Shown here one piece after another: positions 47,538-57,327 of a stretch of DNA of 64,000 nt (position 1 is the stretch's first letter; each line of letters starts with the position of its first letter). The notes beneath the pieces were generated by a model. The model saw only the letters and a list, made by a program, of their open reading frames with translations, made no database searches and had not been told where the DNA came from. Both the position numbers and the translations under genes were made by a program. Source of the stretch: Deltaproteobacteria bacterium (GTDB lineage Bacteria; Desulfobacterota; Syntrophia; Syntrophales; Smithellaceae). Location: assembly GCA_012729055.1 (NCBI GenBank), contig JAAYDW010000056.1:5691-69690 (forward strand), read 5' to 3'.

Positions 47538-48098
47538 TTACTGTTTAAAAAGCTTGTCGATTAAAGCCTGCTTGCTTTTCGGATAGTAGAGGGTTCCCTC
47601 GTGATCCACAATCAGTGTGCCGTCGAGGTGGTCCACTTCATGCTGCACGACCCGGGCGGTGTAATCCAGATACCGCTTGCTGATTTTTTCGCCCTTTTCG
47701 TTCAAGGCGCGGACTTTGATTTCCGGAAAGCGGCTGACGTCGATCTGGATGTCCGGACAGGAAAGGCAACCTTCCGCCGCCGTCACTTTCTCGCCGCGCG
47801 CCTGGGTGATGCGGGGATTGACCAGCACGTCGTAATCGTCCGGCGTCAGTTTCTTCTTTTTATCGCCGTCGGTTTTCGTGCGGAAGATGATAATCCTTTT
47901 ATTGATGCCGATCTGCGGCGCAGCCAGACCCGAAGCGTCGTCGCGGGAGGTGAACGAATCGATGAGCGCCTGGATTTCCGCCTGCTCTTCCTTGCCAAGC
48001 GGCGTTTGCAGCTCCGTCGATTTTTTTCTCAAGACGGACGTGTCTGCTTCATTGACACCGTCGTCATTCCAAAGGGTTAAGACTCTTTTAGGGGCCAT
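47538..48098 (-). CDS. def: Peptide deformylase
   Basis: GLAAPQIG, EGCLSCPD and HEVDHLDG motifs. The start is placed at MAPKRVL, which has an AGGAAGG RBS. Confidence 0.85.
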   Translation of the reverse strand: MAPKRVLTLWNDDGVNEADTSVLRKKSTELQTPLGKEEQAEIQALIDSFTSRDDASGLAAPQIGINKRIIIFRTKTDGDKKKKLTPDDYDVLVNPRITQARGEKVTAAEGCLSCPDIQIDVSRFPEIKVRALNEKGEKISKRYLDYTARVVQHEVDHLDGTLIVDHEGTLYYPKSKQALIDKLFKQ

Positions 48099-48145
48099 GG
48101 ACCATGCCTTCCTGCTCATTTTTATTTGGCTATAACACCGATCGG

Positions 48146-49501
48146 ATGTTATTTCAAGCAAACGAAGCTTGCAAAGTTCTTCGATCTTTTGTTAAACAGG
48201 TACGCGAATGCCAGGCCAATACGAAAGACGGGTTATGCGTTGTGATTAATTCCATAGTTACTCATACGGCGCGCAAACAGTTCGCCCGGGCGCTGCAGTT
48301 TGAAGACGGCGCTGCCCCCGATATTCCCTTCTGCGACGACGAGCAGCCGCGCCTTTTGTACCTCCATATTCCCTTTTGCGAGGAACTCTGCCCCTACTGC
48401 TCTTTTCACCGCGTCCGGCTCAACGAAGCGCTGGCCCGGAAGTATCACGGGGCGCTGCGTCTGGAAATGGCGCTGTACCGCCAGAGGGGCTACCGCTTTT
48501 CCGGCATTTACGTCGGCGGCGGCACGCCGACCGTCGTAATCGACGAACTGGCGGAAACCCTGGCGCTGGCCCGGGAGCTGTTTCCCGTGAAGTCCCTGTC
48601 GGTGGAAACCAATCCCAACCACCTGACGGACGACAACATCGCCGTTTTACGGCAGGCGGGCGTCAACCGGCTGTCCGTGGGCGTGCAGACATTCAACGAC
48701 GCTCTGCTCAAAAAAATCGCGCGCTACGACAAGTACGGATCCGGCGCGGACATCGCGGCGCGTCTTACCGCCACGCGGGGGAAATTCGACACGCTCAACG
48801 CGGACATGATTTTCAACTTTCCCGAGCAGACCCGGGAGCTTCTGGAGGCGGATCTGGCGGTTCTGCTCGACTTGAAAATGCCGCAGATCACCTACTATCC
48901 CCTGATGGTTTCCACGCTGACCCGGCGGCTGATGGCCGAGAAGCTGGGCGAGGTCGATTTCCGCCGCGAAAAGACGTTTTTCAATCTGATTTTGCGGCGG
49001 CTCGAGGCGCAGTACGACTCTTCCTCGGCCTGGTGCTTTGCGCGAAAGCAGGCCGGCCGGCAGCTGATCGACGAATACGTTGTGGACTTTGACGAATACG
49101 CGGGGCTGGGGAGCGGCGCCATCGGCTACGTGAACGGTGTCTGCTACGCCAACACCTTCGATATCGGCCGCTACATTGAAGAGCTGGCGTACCGCCGCCT
49201 GCCGGTTTCGGCCGTGCGCCGGTTTTCCGCGCCCGACCGGATGCGCTACGACTTTTTGATGAAGCTCTTCAGCACCCGGTTGAACGTCGGAGACATCGAA
49301 AAGAAATACGACGGGAAGTTTCTGAAAACATTGTGGAAAGAAATGGCCGCCTTCACGCTGGCCGGGTCGTTTCGCTACTTTCCTCCCCATCTGCATCTGA
49401 CACCGCGCGGCCGCTATCTGTGGGTGATCATGATGCGGGAATTTTTTATTGCAGTGAATAATTTTCGCGACTTCTGCCGCAAAGAGGCGGGAGTGACCTG
49501 A
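48146..49501 (+). CDS. HemN/HemW-like radical SAM protein (oxygen-independent coproporphyrinogen oxidase family)
   Basis: LYLHIPFCEELCPYCSF (CxxxCxxC). The start is uncertain: ATG 48104, ATG 48146, or in-frame GTG 48242 just before the conserved VINSIVTHTARK. Confidence 0.8.
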   Translation: MLFQANEACKVLRSFVKQVRECQANTKDGLCVVINSIVTHTARKQFARALQFEDGAAPDIPFCDDEQPRLLYLHIPFCEELCPYCSFHRVRLNEALARKYHGALRLEMALYRQRGYRFSGIYVGGGTPTVVIDELAETLALARELFPVKSLSVETNPNHLTDDNIAVLRQAGVNRLSVGVQTFNDALLKKIARYDKYGSGADIAARLTATRGKFDTLNADMIFNFPEQTRELLEADLAVLLDLKMPQITYYPLMVSTLTRRLMAEKLGEVDFRREKTFFNLILRRLEAQYDSSSAWCFARKQAGRQLIDEYVVDFDEYAGLGSGAIGYVNGVCYANTFDIGRYIEELAYRRLPVSAVRRFSAPDRMRYDFLMKLFSTRLNVGDIEKKYDGKFLKTLWKEMAAFTLAGSFRYFPPHLHLTPRGRYLWVIMMREFFIAVNNFRDFCRKEAGVT

Positions 49502-49516
49502 AATACGGAGTAGGTT

Positions 49517-50932
49517 ATGGATGAAAAACGAAGAGCATTGCTCAAGGGACTTCCGAAAATCGACGAGGTGATCGGCAATCTGGAAAAGAAAGGCATCTAC
49601 GAAAAAGCGTCGCGGGAAATCGTTCTGGAGACCTGCCGCGACGTGGTGCAGAAGCTGCGCAATGCGATTCTCACCGCGCCGGACAAGCAGCTGCCTGTTC
49701 TGTCTGCGGGCGTGGAGGCGGCGTCCCGCAGCGTCGGGGCGCGCATCGACGATCTGCGCCGCTGCAAGCTGCGCCGTCTCGTCAACGCCACGGGCGTGAT
49801 CCTGCACACCAACCTCGGCCGCGCGCCCCTGTGCGCCGAAGCGATGGAGCGCATTGCGGAAGTGGGACGGGGCTACTCCAACCTGGAGTTCGACCTCGTC
49901 CGCGGCGAGCGCGGCCTGCGCTACGACCACGTGAACCGGCTCCTGTGCGCGCTCTGCGGCGCCGAAGACGCGCTCATCGTCAACAACAACGCGGCCGCCG
50001 TCCTGCTGGTGCTGAACACGCTCGCCGAGCACAAGGAAGCGATCATTTCGCGCGGCGAGCTCATTGAAATCGGCGGCGAGTTCCGCATTCCGGAGGTCAT
50101 GTCCAAAAGCAACTCCATCCTGCGCGAGGTGGGCACCACCAACCGCACGCATCTTTCGGACTACGAAAAAGCCGTCGGTCCCGCGACCGGCGTCATTCTC
50201 AAGGTGCACACGAGCAACTACAAGATCATCGGCTTTACCGAGGACGTCGATCTGCTGCCGCTGGTGGCGCTGGGCAAGCGCCGCGGTGTTCCGGTTTACG
50301 ACGATCTGGGCAGCGGCTGCCTTATCGATCTGGACGCCTACGGCCTGGCGCATGAACCGACCGTCCGCGAAGTGCTTGCCACCGACGTCGATGTCGTGAC
50401 ATTCAGCGGCGACAAGCTTTTGGGCGGGCCGCAGGCGGGCATCATCGTCGGGAAAAAGGAGGTGATCACCCGCATCAAAAAAAATCCCCTCAATCGCGCC
50501 CTGCGCATCGACAAATTCACGCTGGCCGCCCTGGAGGCGACACTGCTGCATTACCTGATTCCCGAAAACGCCCCCCGCACCCTGCGCGCGCTCAAGGCGC
50601 TGACGGAGCCGCTGGCGGACGTCAAAAAGCGGGCGCGCCGGCTTTTGGCGAAGCTGAAAAAAGCGGGCCTTCCCAACCTGGCGTATGACATGTACGAGGA
50701 CGTGGCCGCCGCCGGCGGCGGATCACTTCCGACGGAGGATATTCCGACGGCGGTGGTGGCGGTCCGGCACGCCAAGATGACGGCCAGCCGAATGGAAGCG
50801 GCGCTGCGCCGCGCGCCCGTGCCGGTCATCGTCCGCGTGGATGAAAACGAAATCCTGATCGATCTGCGCACCGTCGCCGAAGATGAGTTTGACCTGGTCG
50901 TGGACGGCCTTGGCAGTCTTGCTGAAGCGTAA
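49517..50932 (+). CDS. selA: L-seryl-tRNA(Sec) selenium transferase
   Basis: LPKIDEVI N-terminus, VNATGVILHTNLGRA, and the PLP-lysine motif FSGDKLLGGPQAG. Length is 471 aa. Confidence 0.9.
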   Translation: MDEKRRALLKGLPKIDEVIGNLEKKGIYEKASREIVLETCRDVVQKLRNAILTAPDKQLPVLSAGVEAASRSVGARIDDLRRCKLRRLVNATGVILHTNLGRAPLCAEAMERIAEVGRGYSNLEFDLVRGERGLRYDHVNRLLCALCGAEDALIVNNNAAAVLLVLNTLAEHKEAIISRGELIEIGGEFRIPEVMSKSNSILREVGTTNRTHLSDYEKAVGPATGVILKVHTSNYKIIGFTEDVDLLPLVALGKRRGVPVYDDLGSGCLIDLDAYGLAHEPTVREVLATDVDVVTFSGDKLLGGPQAGIIVGKKEVITRIKKNPLNRALRIDKFTLAALEATLLHYLIPENAPRTLRALKALTEPLADVKKRARRLLAKLKKAGLPNLAYDMYEDVAAAGGGSLPTEDIPTAVVAVRHAKMTASRMEAALRRAPVPVIVRVDENEILIDLRTVAEDEFDLVVDGLGSLAEA

Positions 50933-51055
50933 TCTTGCCGCGCCCTCCACAGAGGCGCCCATGCGGCAAAGCGCGGCGGCCGGCTTCCTTGCCCTGCGGG
51001 AAAAGACCGGCTAAATGCCGCGGAACCCAAGTCACAGCCGATAGCGGAGCATGTC

Positions 51056-52075
51056 GTGTCGCTCGAAAATCAGGAACCTCGAGAGCTGTCTTTTCCGGTC
51101 GGTCCGGGCGAGGCGGGAGCAAGGCTTGACGTTTTTCTCGCGCAGGCGGACCCGTCATTTTCCCGCTCGCAGATCAGGTGCGCCATTGAGGAGGGCAGCG
51201 TGCGGGTGAACGGCAAGGAATCCAAGGCCAGCCGGCATTTGAAAGCCGGAGATGTCGTGACGCTCCAGGTGAAGCCGGCGGTGGAAACGGCGGCCGTACC
51301 GCAGGACATTCCTCTCGACATCGTGTACGAAGACGCGTCCGTTATCGTCGTCAACAAGCCGGCCGGCATGGTGGTGCATCCCGCGCCCGGCAATCCGGAC
51401 CGGACGCTGGTAAACGCCCTGCTGTTCCACTGCCGCGATCTTTCCGGCATCGGCGGCGTCCTGCGCCCCGGCATCGTGCACCGCCTGGACAAGGAAACCT
51501 CCGGACTCATTGTCGCCGCCAAAACCGACGACGCCCACCGCAAGCTCTCCGCGCAGTTTGAAAAACATGACGTGCATAAAAAATATGCCGCGCTGGTCTG
51601 GGGCGACGTAAAAGGGGCCGGCGGCGAAAGCGTGTTGCCGGTGGGACGGCACCCGGTGGACCGCAAGAAAATGTCCACGAAGAGCCGCCGCGGCAAAGCC
51701 GCCCTGACGCTGTGGAAGGTCCGCGAACGCTTCGGTACGGCGACGCTGCTCGATGTTGAAATTCAAACCGGCCGGACGCACCAGATCCGCGTGCATCTGT
51801 CCGAGCGCGGTTGGCCGGTGATCGGCGACGCGGTTTACGGCGGCGCGCCGCGCCTGGCCGCCGTTCGCGACGCGGCGCTGCGGAAGGCGATCAAAAACCT
51901 CGGCCGGCACGCGCTGCACGCCGGGATGCTGTCCTTCCTGCATCCGCAAAGCGCCGAAAGAATGGTGTTTACGGCGCCCGTTCCGGAAGAGCTGGAAAAT
52001 CTGCTCTGCCTGTTTCGCCGCTTTGCGCCGGGGCCGCCGGCAAATCCCGTTTACAAAACGGGCCGGATACGTTAA
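51056..52075 (+). CDS. rluD: 23S rRNA pseudouridine synthase, RluD family
   Basis: S4 domain followed by HRLDKETSGLIVAAKT and GRTHQIRVH. GTG start with GGAG upstream. Confidence 0.9.
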   Translation: MSLENQEPRELSFPVGPGEAGARLDVFLAQADPSFSRSQIRCAIEEGSVRVNGKESKASRHLKAGDVVTLQVKPAVETAAVPQDIPLDIVYEDASVIVVNKPAGMVVHPAPGNPDRTLVNALLFHCRDLSGIGGVLRPGIVHRLDKETSGLIVAAKTDDAHRKLSAQFEKHDVHKKYAALVWGDVKGAGGESVLPVGRHPVDRKKMSTKSRRGKAALTLWKVRERFGTATLLDVEIQTGRTHQIRVHLSERGWPVIGDAVYGGAPRLAAVRDAALRKAIKNLGRHALHAGMLSFLHPQSAERMVFTAPVPEELENLLCLFRRFAPGPPANPVYKTGRIR

Positions 52076-52085
52076 AAGATGAATC

Positions 52086-52937
52086 ATGTTCGTCCTGGAG
52101 AAGAAAAAATCCATCGCCTACTTGCAGGCGCCGGCGCTCGCGGCCTGCGACTTTCTGGTTCACGCGTTCGGCACGCGGCTGGGGGGCGCCTCGCAGGAGG
52201 AGTACCAAAGCCTCAACATGAGCTTCCGTGAGGGGGACGAGGAATTCCGTGTTCTGGCCAACTGGAGCAAGCTTTCCGCGGCTTTCGAGATTCCGCTGGA
52301 AAATTTTCTGGTGCTCAATCAGGTCCACGGCGACGATATTTTCATGATCCCGCCGCACGGCGAGTACTTCACCTCGCGCGACGCCCTCAACTGCGACGCG
52401 ATCGTCACCGACCGGACGGATGTGGCCATCTGCATCAAAACGGCGGACTGCGCGCCTGTCTTGCTGGCCGACCCCGTCCGGAAGGTCATCGCCGCCGTGC
52501 ACGCCGGCTGGCGCGGGACTGCGCTCGGCATCACCGCCAAGGTCGCCCGCCTTATGCAGACGTCCTATCGCTCGGAGCCCGCGGACCTTCTGGCGGCCAT
52601 CGGCCCGTCGATCGGAGACTGCTGCTACGAAGTGGATGCGGCGACGGCCGACGCCTTCAGCGGCCAGAAAAGCGACGCGATTTTGCGGCCGGGAAAAAAA
52701 GACGGCAAGTGGATGCTCGATCTGGTGGAGGCCAACCGCCGGCAGCTTCTGTGCTGCGGCCTTCCCGCCGCGAATATCGAGGCGGCCGGATTGTGCACCG
52801 TCTGCCATCCGGAAGCGTTTTTTTCGCATCGCGGCTCGGGCGGCGTCACCGGCCGCCAGGTTAATTTTGTGATGCTGCGGGGGACAACCCCGGGCCGGGC
52901 GTTTGTTCTGAAAGACGATTTTCAACGACTGCACTGA
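52086..52937 (+). CDS. pgeF: YfiH/PgeF (DUF152, laccase-domain / purine nucleoside phosphorylase-like) protein
   Basis: QVHG, TADCAPV, HAGWRGT and CTxC...FSHR motifs. Confidence 0.85.
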   Translation: MFVLEKKKSIAYLQAPALAACDFLVHAFGTRLGGASQEEYQSLNMSFREGDEEFRVLANWSKLSAAFEIPLENFLVLNQVHGDDIFMIPPHGEYFTSRDALNCDAIVTDRTDVAICIKTADCAPVLLADPVRKVIAAVHAGWRGTALGITAKVARLMQTSYRSEPADLLAAIGPSIGDCCYEVDAATADAFSGQKSDAILRPGKKDGKWMLDLVEANRRQLLCCGLPAANIEAAGLCTVCHPEAFFSHRGSGGVTGRQVNFVMLRGTTPGRAFVLKDDFQRLH

Positions 52938-52964
52938 CGCGGGCTTGTCCCGCAGGGAGGCGTT

Positions 52965-54332
52965 ATGAATCTCAAGCCCCTGTTTGAACCCCGGACGCTG
53001 GCCGTGATCGGCGTGTCTGCCGCGAACGAGAGACATCCGGCCAACGTGATTTTCGAAAAAAACAACCACCGCTATCCCGTCGAGGTTTTCGGCGTCAATC
53101 CCAAGGGCGGCAAGCTGCACGACGAACCGCTCTTCGAGAGGATCGGAGACGTTCCCAAAAAAATTGACCTGGCCGTCATCGCGGCGCGCGCGGATTTCGT
53201 GCCGGACATTCTGGCGCAGTGCATCGACGCGGGTGTGAAATCGGCGGCCGTCATTTCCGGCGGCTTTTCCGAGGGCGGCCGCGCGGATTTGCAGGACCGG
53301 ATGGTCGCCATCGCCCGGGAAGCGAAGTTTCCCTTCATCGGCCCCAACTGCCTGGGATTGTTTGTGCCGTTTCGCGTGGACACGTTTTTCCTGCCGATCG
53401 AGCGGATGATCAAGCCCAGTCCCGGCAACGTCGCCTTCATCAGTCAGAGCGGCGGCATTCTGGTCGATCAGATGATCAAGTTTACCCAGCAGGGCGTGGG
53501 CATGTCCAAGGCCGTGAGCATCGGCAACAAGGCGCTGGTGCGGGAAATCGATCTGCTGAAGTATCTGCTTTCCGATCCCGCGACGCGGGTCATCGCGTTT
53601 TACGTCGAAGGCTTCGGCGCGGGGGAAGGACGCGAATTCGTTCTGGCGGCGGACTGCTCGCCCAAACCCGTCATTCTGATGAAATCGGGGAAAAGCGAGG
53701 CGGGGCACCGCGCCGTTTCCAGCCACACCGCGTCGTTGGCCGGAGACTACGCCAGCTTTGCCGCGGCCATCGCGCAGCACAACATCATCGAGGCGGCCAA
53801 CGAACAGGAACTGGTGTCTTTTTGCGAAGTGCTGAGCTCCTACACTCAGCCCATCGAAGGGAAAATCGGCATCATCACGGGCAGCGGCGGCCACGGCGCC
53901 ATGGCGGTCGACGCCTGCGCGGCGGCGCATCTCACCGTGCCGGAATTTGCCGCCGAGCTGCAGAGCCGCCTGCGGGACGGGCTTACGGAAAATATCCGGT
54001 CCATCGCGTCCGTGGGGAATCCCGTGGACCTCACGGGCAGCGCCGTGGACGACGATTTCGTCGCCTGCGCCAAAATCCTGGCTGCGGCGCCGGAAGTGGA
54101 CTGCCTCGTCGTGTTGCTTTTGCCCTATCTGCCGGGGGTCACGCTCGACATCGGCGTCCGGCTGAGCCAGGTGCAAAAGCAGTTCAAGAAACCGCTCGTG
54201 GCCTACGTTCCGCACGTGGAAAAATACAACATGATGATCGACGGATTCGAACTCAACGGCACGCCCGTATCGCCGTCCATCGAAGGCGCGGTGCTGATGG
54301 CCAAAGCCCTCTCGAGGAAGAAACCATGCTGA
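52965..54332 (+). CDS. ADP-forming acetyl/acyl-CoA synthetase, alpha part (CoA-binding plus CoA-ligase domains)
   Basis: LAVIGVSAANERHPAN, ISGGFSEGG, GPNCLG and SHTASLAG motifs. Confidence 0.85.
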   Translation: MNLKPLFEPRTLAVIGVSAANERHPANVIFEKNNHRYPVEVFGVNPKGGKLHDEPLFERIGDVPKKIDLAVIAARADFVPDILAQCIDAGVKSAAVISGGFSEGGRADLQDRMVAIAREAKFPFIGPNCLGLFVPFRVDTFFLPIERMIKPSPGNVAFISQSGGILVDQMIKFTQQGVGMSKAVSIGNKALVREIDLLKYLLSDPATRVIAFYVEGFGAGEGREFVLAADCSPKPVILMKSGKSEAGHRAVSSHTASLAGDYASFAAAIAQHNIIEAANEQELVSFCEVLSSYTQPIEGKIGIITGSGGHGAMAVDACAAAHLTVPEFAAELQSRLRDGLTENIRSIASVGNPVDLTGSAVDDDFVACAKILAAAPEVDCLVVLLLPYLPGVTLDIGVRLSQVQKQFKKPLVAYVPHVEKYNMMIDGFELNGTPVSPSIEGAVLMAKALSRKKPC

Positions 54333-55003
54333 AAAAAGAAATTTCCGCCATCCTCAAAAAATCGGAATCGTGGGGCTGGGTGCTCGAACCCGACGCCCAG
54401 AAGATTTTTTCCCTCTACGGCTTTAAAATTCCCAAGTACGGGGTGGCGACGCGCGGCGAACAGGCGCTGGCGATCGCCCGCGCCATCGGCTATCCGGTCG
54501 CGGCGAAGATCGTGTCGCCGGCCATCGTTCACAAATCCGACGTCAAGGGCGTCGTCCTGAACATCCGCGACGACGCCGCGCTGCTTGCGACGCTCGCGCG
54601 GCTGCAAACGCTAGACGGTTTTGCCGGCATGCTCATCGCCGAAATGGTCAGGGGCCTGGAACTCATCATCGGCGCGAAAAACGACGTCCAGTTCGGCCCC
54701 ATGATCCTGGTCGGCCTGGGCGGCGTCGGCGTGGAAATTTACAAGGACGTGTCGCTGCGCATGGCCCCGCTGAAATCCCGCGACGTCGACAACATGCTGG
54801 GGGAGCTTGCCGCGCGCAAGCTGCTTGCGGGCTATCGCGGCGCGGAGCCGGTCAACCTGGCCGCGCTCAAAAAGACGCTTCTGAGTTTCTCGCGGCTGAT
54901 GATGGATTTGCAGGACCGGGTGGAGTCCGTCGATCTCAATCCCGTCATGTGCACCGCCAAATCCTGCACCGTCGTCGATTCCAGGATCATGCTGAAAAAG
55001 TAA
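54326..55003 (+). CDS. ADP-forming acetyl/acyl-CoA synthetase, beta part (ATP-grasp domain)
   Basis: YGFKIPKYGVA...IGYPVAAKIVSPAIVHKSDVKGVVLNI is the ATP-grasp_5 type. An ATGCTGA overlap links it to the alpha gene. Confidence 0.85.
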   Translation: MLKKEISAILKKSESWGWVLEPDAQKIFSLYGFKIPKYGVATRGEQALAIARAIGYPVAAKIVSPAIVHKSDVKGVVLNIRDDAALLATLARLQTLDGFAGMLIAEMVRGLELIIGAKNDVQFGPMILVGLGGVGVEIYKDVSLRMAPLKSRDVDNMLGELAARKLLAGYRGAEPVNLAALKKTLLSFSRLMMDLQDRVESVDLNPVMCTAKSCTVVDSRIMLKK

Positions 55004-55196
55004 ATTGCGCGCGGGAGGGCGGTGCGGCCCGAAGTGCGCCCGGAGCCGGCTCCGGAGGCGAAGATCGCTTTAATTCTTCAAAATGAAGCGCGGGGCAGGC
55101 ACATAAAGAAGTTTAAAAGGTTGCAGGCGTCTGACGCAATTGATTCAAATGATATGCCTGTTTCCGAAGGATGGACTTCGGTATAGATCCGGAATC

Positions 55197-55225
55197 AAAA
55201 AGGGCGGGCCGTTGCCGGTCCGCCC
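55197..55225 (-). terminator. Rho-independent terminator (minus strand) with no annotated gene upstream
   Basis: Minus strand: GGGCGGACCGG-caa-CGGCCCGCCC followed by TTTTTGATT. Confidence 0.55.
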
Positions 55226-55384
55226 GTGGTTAAAGGTTTGTTCGAATGGTTGACACTTGATCGCCTTTTTCCCTGTTTATTCCCAGTGGAGCCGTCGGAG
55301 GTTCCGAAGATTGCAACATCCGCCGCCAGCGACATGGTTTTCCGGGTCAATCTTCCAGTCCGGAGAACCAGTGTTTTTCATTGT
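55197..55384 (-). ncRNA. Candidate small RNA, or leaderless micro-ORF transcript, bounded by a consensus promoter and a terminator
   Basis: The promoter at 55390-55418 and the terminator at 55197-55225 delimit about 190 nt. The unit contains a 34-codon ORF (55277..55381, MKNTGSPDWKIDPENHVAGGGCCNLRNLRRLHWE) that starts 2-3 nt after the predicted TSS and has no RBS. Confidence 0.35.
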
Positions 55385-55389
55385 GCAGA

Positions 55390-55418
55390 ACTCTACCACT
55401 ACATATGGACGCTGTCAA
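55390..55418 (-). promoter_or_regulatory. Sigma70-type promoter on the minus strand
   Basis: Minus strand reads TTGACA-17 nt-TAGAGT. Confidence 0.5.
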
Positions 55419-55528
55419 GAAATTAAATACCATATGTCGTAGTCGGTGGGCCGAAGCGATCATTTGTCGCCGCCGCCGGTCTGTGTTAAGATAGCCCCGT
55501 TTTCCAATTCCTTTCAGGTTGAAAAAAA

Positions 55529-57166
55529 ATGAACGCGAAACCCTGGGCAGCGCAGTATCCCGAGCATGTTCCGCAGGCGCTGGCGTATCCGCGGATACCG
55601 GTCTTCCGGTTTCTCACGGACACGGCGGCCGCGCATCCGGACGACGTGGCGATGACCTTCAACGATGTTTCCACGACGTACCGGGAACTAAACGACAAGG
55701 TCAACCGATTTGCCTCAGTCCTCGAGCAGGCGGGCGTCCGGAAGGGCGATCGGGTAGCCCTGATTCTGGTGAATTCGCCGACCTATGTGATCGCCTTTTT
55801 TGCCGTCCTCAAACTGGGCGCTCTGGCCGCCAATCTGAGCGTCGGCATCGCGGGGGAGGAACTGGCCTCCTGCCTGCAAAACGCGGGCGCCCGGGTGGTG
55901 GTGACGTTGGACGTGTTTGCCCAGAACCTTTACCGGATCATCCGCCAAACCGGCGTGAGAACGGTGATTGTCCATTCGGTCTTCGGCCTCGAAAAAAAAA
56001 TCGACACAAGTTCGGAATTGCCGACCGTTCAGATTTTCAACGATCTTCTGGCGGCGGTCGACCGGGCGGGTGAACCGCAAATCGACGTTTTACCCGAAGA
56101 CGCGGCGGTGCTCCAGTACACCAGCGGCTCGACGGGAACGCCCAAGGCGGCGACGCTCACCCACGCCAATATGGTCGCGAGCGTTTTGCAGACCGACGCC
56201 TGGATCGGCATTGACAACGCCGGCAACGCGGCCGTCATGTGCCTGATTCCCTTTTTCCATGTCTTCGGCCTCTTGTCCTGTCTGTGCGTCTGCGTGCATA
56301 AAGGCTACCGGATGATTCTTCTGCCGCGGATGGATCTGCTGGACGTTTTGTCTCTCACCCGTCTGCTCGAGACGTACCGGCCCATCTTTTTTCCGGCGGT
56401 TCCCAGCCTGTGGAACGCGCTTTTGTCCTTTCCCGAAGAAAAAATTAAAGGGCCGCTCGGTTCGCTGCAGGTGGCAATTTGCGGGGGCGGACCCTTTCCC
56501 AAAACGGTGCACGAGCGGTTTACGGCGCTCACCGGCCGCAGGATGATGGAGGCCTACGGGCTTTCCGAGGCGTGTTCGGCGACGCACATAACGCCTTATC
56601 CCGCAGGCGGGCCGGCCGGATCGATCGGTTTGCCGCTGCCTGATACGGACGCGAAGATTGTGGATCTGGAAACGGGAAAGCGGGAATGCGCCGCAGACGA
56701 AGTGGGCGAACTGGTCGTACGGGGGCCGCAAATCATGCGCGGCTACTGGAATAATGGAGAGCTCACCGCCGGGGCGCTCCGGGGCGGCTGGTTTTACACC
56801 GGCGACATGGCCCGGATGGACAAGGAAGGATTTTTTTACATCGTAGACCGCAAGGACGATCTGATCATCTCCCACGGATTCAACGTTTATCCGGGACAGG
56901 TGGAAGAGGTTCTGAAAAGGCATCCCGCCGTGAAAGACGCGGCCGTCATCGGCGTTTCGGACCGCAGCCGGGGCCAGGCGGTGGTCGCCGTGGTCGCGCT
57001 TGCGGAAGGCGGCCGGGCGGACGCGGCGGAAATTTTGAAGTATTGTGGGAAAAACATGCCCGACTACCGGGTTCCCAAAAGCATTGTCTTTCGCGAGGTC
57101 ATTCCGCGCGATCCGGCCGGCAAGCTCCTGCGGCGCGCGCTGAAGGCGGAAGTGAAAAACGCCTGA
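55529..57166 (+). CDS. AMP-forming long/medium-chain acyl-CoA synthetase
   Basis: YTSGSTGTPKAA, YGLSEA, TGDMA and PRDPAGKLLRR motifs. Length is 545 aa. Confidence 0.9.
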   Translation: MNAKPWAAQYPEHVPQALAYPRIPVFRFLTDTAAAHPDDVAMTFNDVSTTYRELNDKVNRFASVLEQAGVRKGDRVALILVNSPTYVIAFFAVLKLGALAANLSVGIAGEELASCLQNAGARVVVTLDVFAQNLYRIIRQTGVRTVIVHSVFGLEKKIDTSSELPTVQIFNDLLAAVDRAGEPQIDVLPEDAAVLQYTSGSTGTPKAATLTHANMVASVLQTDAWIGIDNAGNAAVMCLIPFFHVFGLLSCLCVCVHKGYRMILLPRMDLLDVLSLTRLLETYRPIFFPAVPSLWNALLSFPEEKIKGPLGSLQVAICGGGPFPKTVHERFTALTGRRMMEAYGLSEACSATHITPYPAGGPAGSIGLPLPDTDAKIVDLETGKRECAADEVGELVVRGPQIMRGYWNNGELTAGALRGGWFYTGDMARMDKEGFFYIVDRKDDLIISHGFNVYPGQVEEVLKRHPAVKDAAVIGVSDRSRGQAVVAVVALAEGGRADAAEILKYCGKNMPDYRVPKSIVFREVIPRDPAGKLLRRALKAEVKNA

Positions 57167-57327
57167 GGCCGAAAAACGCTGCATTTCCCTGTTGACAGCC
57201 TCTTCGTTCGGTATTACGACGTCAACAGAAAACAATGCCGGTTCCGGCGGATCTGACGCGCCCACAGCGGGGCGCCGGCCATCGCCGATTGAACGGGGAA
57301 GCATTTCAAAAAAGAGGAGCGATCAGA

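Noticed and set aside
50933-51055. tRNA-Sec (selC) in the spacer after selA.
   Set aside because: No tRNA-like acceptor stem or T-loop (GGTTCGAnTCC) is present in this spacer or in the one upstream of selA.
55226-55426. Plus-strand 66-aa ORF (and the overlapping 61-aa ORF) in the AT-richer spacer.
   Set aside because: There is no RBS, the composition is odd and no family is recognisable. The better-supported signals here (promoter and terminator) are on the opposite strand.
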